Source of the DNA: an uncultured Planctomycetaceae bacterium
GTDB taxonomy: Bacteria > Planctomycetota > Planctomycetia > Planctomycetales > Planctomycetaceae
Assembly: GCA_963815195.1 (NCBI GenBank)
Contig: CAWFGE010000018.1
Span: 96,001 to 160,000 of the forward strand
DNA length: 64,000 bases
Reading direction: 5' to 3'
This document shows positions 61,206 through 64,000 of the stretch, piece after piece. The notes beneath the pieces were generated by a model that saw only the letters and a program-made list of their open reading frames with translations, had not been told where the DNA came from and did not search any database. The translations under genes and the position numbers were made by a program. Each line of letters starts with the position of its first letter. The first letter of the stretch is position 1.

Positions 61206-61547
61206 ATGATCAAAAACTGCTTGAAAAAACTCTGGCAAGATGAAGCCGGGTTCGTGGTTTCCAGCGAACTCGTCTTGATCGCGACCATTCTGGTCATCGG
61301 CATTATTGCCGGTCAAACCGCCCTCCGCGATGCCGTCGTCGGCGAATTGGCCGACGTCGGAGCCGCCATCGGCGACGTGAACCAAAGCTTCTCCTTCGGG
61401 GCGATCACCGGCCACTGCTCCAGCACCGCCGGCACCCTCTTCATCGATCAGGGCGACTTCTGCGAAATCTCCGGGGCCAACAACGACACTGCCAACGTTG
61501 CCCCCAACTGCGTCGGGATCTGCGTCGTCGCGGGTACTCCCGAGTAA
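61206..61547 (+). CDS. Flp/type IVc pilin-like protein (Planctomycete type)
   Basis: LWQDEAG|FVVSSELVLIATILVIGIIAG; upstream of cpaB. Confidence 0.8.
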   Translation: MIKNCLKKLWQDEAGFVVSSELVLIATILVIGIIAGQTALRDAVVGELADVGAAIGDVNQSFSFGAITGHCSSTAGTLFIDQGDFCEISGANNDTANVAPNCVGICVVAGTPE

Positions 61548-61593
61548 TCGAAACGGCTTGACGGCCCCTTGGGGCTCTACTGTTTGAACCTCC

Positions 61594-61630
61594 CTCCTGG
61601 GAGGGCCTTGGCTCTCCCAGGAGGAATTTT
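61594..61630 (+). terminator. Hairpin after the major pilin gene
   Basis: cctcctgggagggc / gctctcccaggagg followed by aatttt. Confidence 0.5.
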
Positions 61631-61710
61631 CCGTTAACGGAAATCCTTTGCTTAGCGGCAATCGCCGCCGTCACCCTTTCGTTTCTTCCGATCCCACACG
61701 AGGTTCTGAA

Positions 61711-62010
61711 TTGTTTGCCAAGCTCCTGCGAGATGAGTCGGGAATTATCGACGCCAGCACGTATCTGTTGATGACGACGATCGTCGCCATCGGGATGATC
61801 GCCGGCCTCACGTCGCTACGGGATTCCGTGGTGCAACAGTTCGGGGACGTGGCGCTGGGATTGGAGCACCTCGATCAGACATACACCATCAACGCAACCA
61901 TTGGAACTCAGGTCAAGACGTTCGGGTACATTGACACGCCGGCTCCCGACGACCCCGCCGGACAAGGGCCTGAAGACATCGCCTTGGGGCTCCCCGCCGC
62001 GGCCGAATAA
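61711..62010 (+). CDS. Second Flp-like pilin
   Basis: GAGG RBS, TTG start; LLRDESG|IIDASTYLLMTTIVAIGMIAGLTSLRD, paralogous to 61206-61547. Confidence 0.7.
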   Translation: MFAKLLRDESGIIDASTYLLMTTIVAIGMIAGLTSLRDSVVQQFGDVALGLEHLDQTYTINATIGTQVKTFGYIDTPAPDDPAGQGPEDIALGLPAAAE

Positions 62011-62038
62011 GAATCTGTCCCGTAAGTCCTTTAGAAAT

Positions 62039-62100
62039 GAGCGGCACGGCGCGAGCCGCCGGTTCCGCGCACAGAACCGGCGGGTCGCGCCGTGCCGCTC
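62039..62100. repeat. REP-like long hairpin (related to family A)
   Basis: gagcggcacggcgcga..ccggttc / gaaccgg..tcgcgccgtgccgctc. Confidence 0.75.
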
Positions 62101-62220
62101 ACAAGATTCGCCGTGACGAGCAACCAGTCAGGCATAGAACTTGCATCGGCAACCATCTCTTCGTCTCGTTGACTCAGACAGCATCAGACATCGCCAGCCT
62201 ATCACTTTGTGGAGGACCTC

Positions 62221-63351
62221 ATGACGAGGGTTAGTTCGGGTACGCTCACTGTTGTGTTATTTGCCATTATTGCAGGTCTCGCCGGGGCTTTTGTCGTTCG
62301 CCAGCGGTTGCAGGTTCCGCCGCCCGAGCCTCCGACGGTTGCCCCCAGCCCCAACGACATCGTCGTTCCCGTGGCTGCCATCGATTTGCAGCCGGGCCAG
62401 ATGTTGACAATTAACGACATCGCCATGGTGCGGATGTCGCCGGAAAACTTCGCGAAGAGCAAGTATGTGAACCAGCCCTACATGCGAATCGGCAAACAGA
62501 TTGAAGAACGGGTGCTCAAGGTCGCGGTCAAGCGGGGGGAAGCGTTTTTGACGACGGCGTTCTATCCCGACGGAGCCGGTCCGGGCATTGCGGAGATGTT
62601 GGACGAAGGCTTCCGCGCCGTGTCGATTCCGATCGAGCACATTTCCGCCGTCCAAGGCTTCGCCCGCCCGGGCACGTTCGTGGACGTTTTGTTCCGCTCG
62701 AAGGAAACCGACGACCACCCGGAAGTGACGATCACGTTGCTCGAACGCGTCAAAGTGCTCGCGGTCAACAAGAACACGTTGTCGGAACACAACGTCGATC
62801 TGGACGCGGGCGGGGCGGTGACCTTGGCCGTGACGCCCCTTCAGGCAAAAGCTTTGAAAGTTGTGGAACACCGGGGCGAGCTTTCGCTCACGCTCCGCAA
62901 CCCCAATGACAATCTGGACTTCATGCCCGTGGATTTGAACCGCGGCGAAAAGGTGCGGGGCATCGCCGGGGGCGAACAGCCGGATTTGGACGCTTTGCAA
63001 GAACAGGCCGGCCTCGAACCGGTACGCAAAGTGCATCTCGCTGATGATGCCCGGACGGAGCCTTGGATCATGGGTATGGAGCGGGTGACGCATGGGACCG
63101 ATCAAATCAGCCTGAACGATTTGCTCAACATTCCTCCCAAACCGAAACCCGCTCAAATGACGGTGTATCGCGGGGGACAGAAAGAAGTCATCATCTTTGA
63201 CAACGAAACGCACGCGGCGGCCCCGGAAGTTCCGGAATTGATTCGAGTTCCCATTCCACCGCCGATTGTTCGCCGCAATGCTCCCGACCGTCCAGAATCC
63301 AAGGTCCGCACGGTTCAGTTCAAAAACGACCCGGCCGTTCCGGGCAGTTAA
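62221..63351 (+). CDS. cpaB: Flp pilus assembly protein CpaB
   Basis: N-terminal TM, SAF-like VPVAAIDLQPG, GFRAVSI, PGTFVDVL, VKVLAV, VTLAVTP, LSLTLR. Confidence 0.88.
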   Translation: MTRVSSGTLTVVLFAIIAGLAGAFVVRQRLQVPPPEPPTVAPSPNDIVVPVAAIDLQPGQMLTINDIAMVRMSPENFAKSKYVNQPYMRIGKQIEERVLKVAVKRGEAFLTTAFYPDGAGPGIAEMLDEGFRAVSIPIEHISAVQGFARPGTFVDVLFRSKETDDHPEVTITLLERVKVLAVNKNTLSEHNVDLDAGGAVTLAVTPLQAKALKVVEHRGELSLTLRNPNDNLDFMPVDLNRGEKVRGIAGGEQPDLDALQEQAGLEPVRKVHLADDARTEPWIMGMERVTHGTDQISLNDLLNIPPKPKPAQMTVYRGGQKEVIIFDNETHAAAPEVPELIRVPIPPPIVRRNAPDRPESKVRTVQFKNDPAVPGS

Positions 63352-63393
63352 TTCCGGTTCGCCGCGTTTCTTGGATTGAAATTCGTCGCTTCC

Positions 63394-63568
63394 AAATCCG
63401 AAACCGAAACCGAAGCCGAAGTTTCAAACCATTTCCAAATCTCACATCAACATGTCCCGAACAAGTCCGACCCCAATTGATAACACGGGGCCAATCGCCG
63501 GGGTTTGAAAACTGGAGTTTCGAGCATTCGAATTTGTTTCGGATTTCGAGATTCGGATTTCGGATTTT
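63394..63568. repeat. Heptamer-built inverted-repeat element, family C copy 2
   Basis: 63530-63568 identical (39 bp) to 42423-42461; left arm aaatccgaaaccgaaaccgaagccgaa. Confidence 0.8.
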
Positions 63569-63614
63569 TGCGGGGCGGGATTCTATTTCATCCAATCGGT
63601 CGAGGAGTATTTTA

Positions 63615-64000
63615 GTGACATCCATGCAGTCGCGGACCCTGATGGTCGAGCCGGACGCGGACGAACAGGTCATCGACGAGAACGAGTTGCGCTTTCAGCA
63701 GCTCAAAGTCGCGATTCACGAGAAACTGGTCGATTCGCTGGATCTTTCGCTGTTGGCTCACGTGGCCCAAAGCGAATTGGAAAAGGAAGTCCGGGAGGTC
63801 GCCTCGGAAATCGTTCGTGAAGAGGCCCCCAAACTGCCGGCCGAAATCAAAACCCGGCTGCTCGACGAGTTGTTCCACGAGGTGTTCGGGCTGGGGCCTT
63901 TGGAACCGTTGATGCGGAATGACAACATCAGCGACATCCTCGTCAATCATCCGCATGAAGTTTTCATCGAGCAGTTTGGGCGACTCGAAAAGTCGGATGT
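63615..64000 (+). CDS. cpaF: CpaF/TadA pilus assembly ATPase (5' part, runs off the window)
   Basis: GAGGAG RBS, GTG start; manual translation LKVAIHEKLVDSLDL...EVFGLGPLEPLMRNDNISDILVN. Confidence 0.88.
   Translation, partial: MTSMQSRTLMVEPDADEQVIDENELRFQQLKVAIHEKLVDSLDLSLLAHVAQSELEKEVREVASEIVREEAPKLPAEIKTRLLDELFHEVFGLGPLEPLMRNDNISDILVNHPHEVFIEQFGRLEKSD

Overview
GC-rich bacterial chromosomal segment whose gene content (two DUF1501 proteins, DUF4058, DUF1080, a giant secretin, Planctomycete-type Flp pilins, BlaI/M56 pair) points to a Planctomycete; this is inferred from family content, not from a marker gene. From left to right: (1) an operon with a soluble FtsH-like AAA+/M41 protease, a small acidic protein, a ~1180-aa protein and a MoxR/RavA AAA+ ATPase, resembling an FtsH-MoxR(-vWA) ternary conflict system and interrupted by a GxxExxY gene inside perfect 20-bp inverted repeats; (2) a ~1660-aa secretin with Gly/Phe-rich inserts; (3) BlaI + BlaR1-like sensor; (4) site-2 protease, ECF sigma, anti-sigma; (5) gpsA, ABC1 kinase, AlkA, DUF1080, PL11 lyase; (6) an MNIO (DUF692) RiPP cluster with a Tat/lipoprotein Cys-rich precursor; (7) oxidoreductase, cysteine desulfurase, FHA-MBL-Ser/Thr kinase operon, ppsA; (8) an apparently catalytically dead sulfatase, DUF1501, GH63/GH13 cluster; (9) an AT-richer GTPase + 2-TM gene pair; (10) the start of a Tad/Flp pilus locus. 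Several families of intergenic palindromic (REP/MITE-like) repeats recur. At least six genes carry single-base frameshifts, most likely sequencing errors. No rRNA, tRNA, CRISPR array or transposase was recognised. Family assignments come from motif recognition only; no searches were run.
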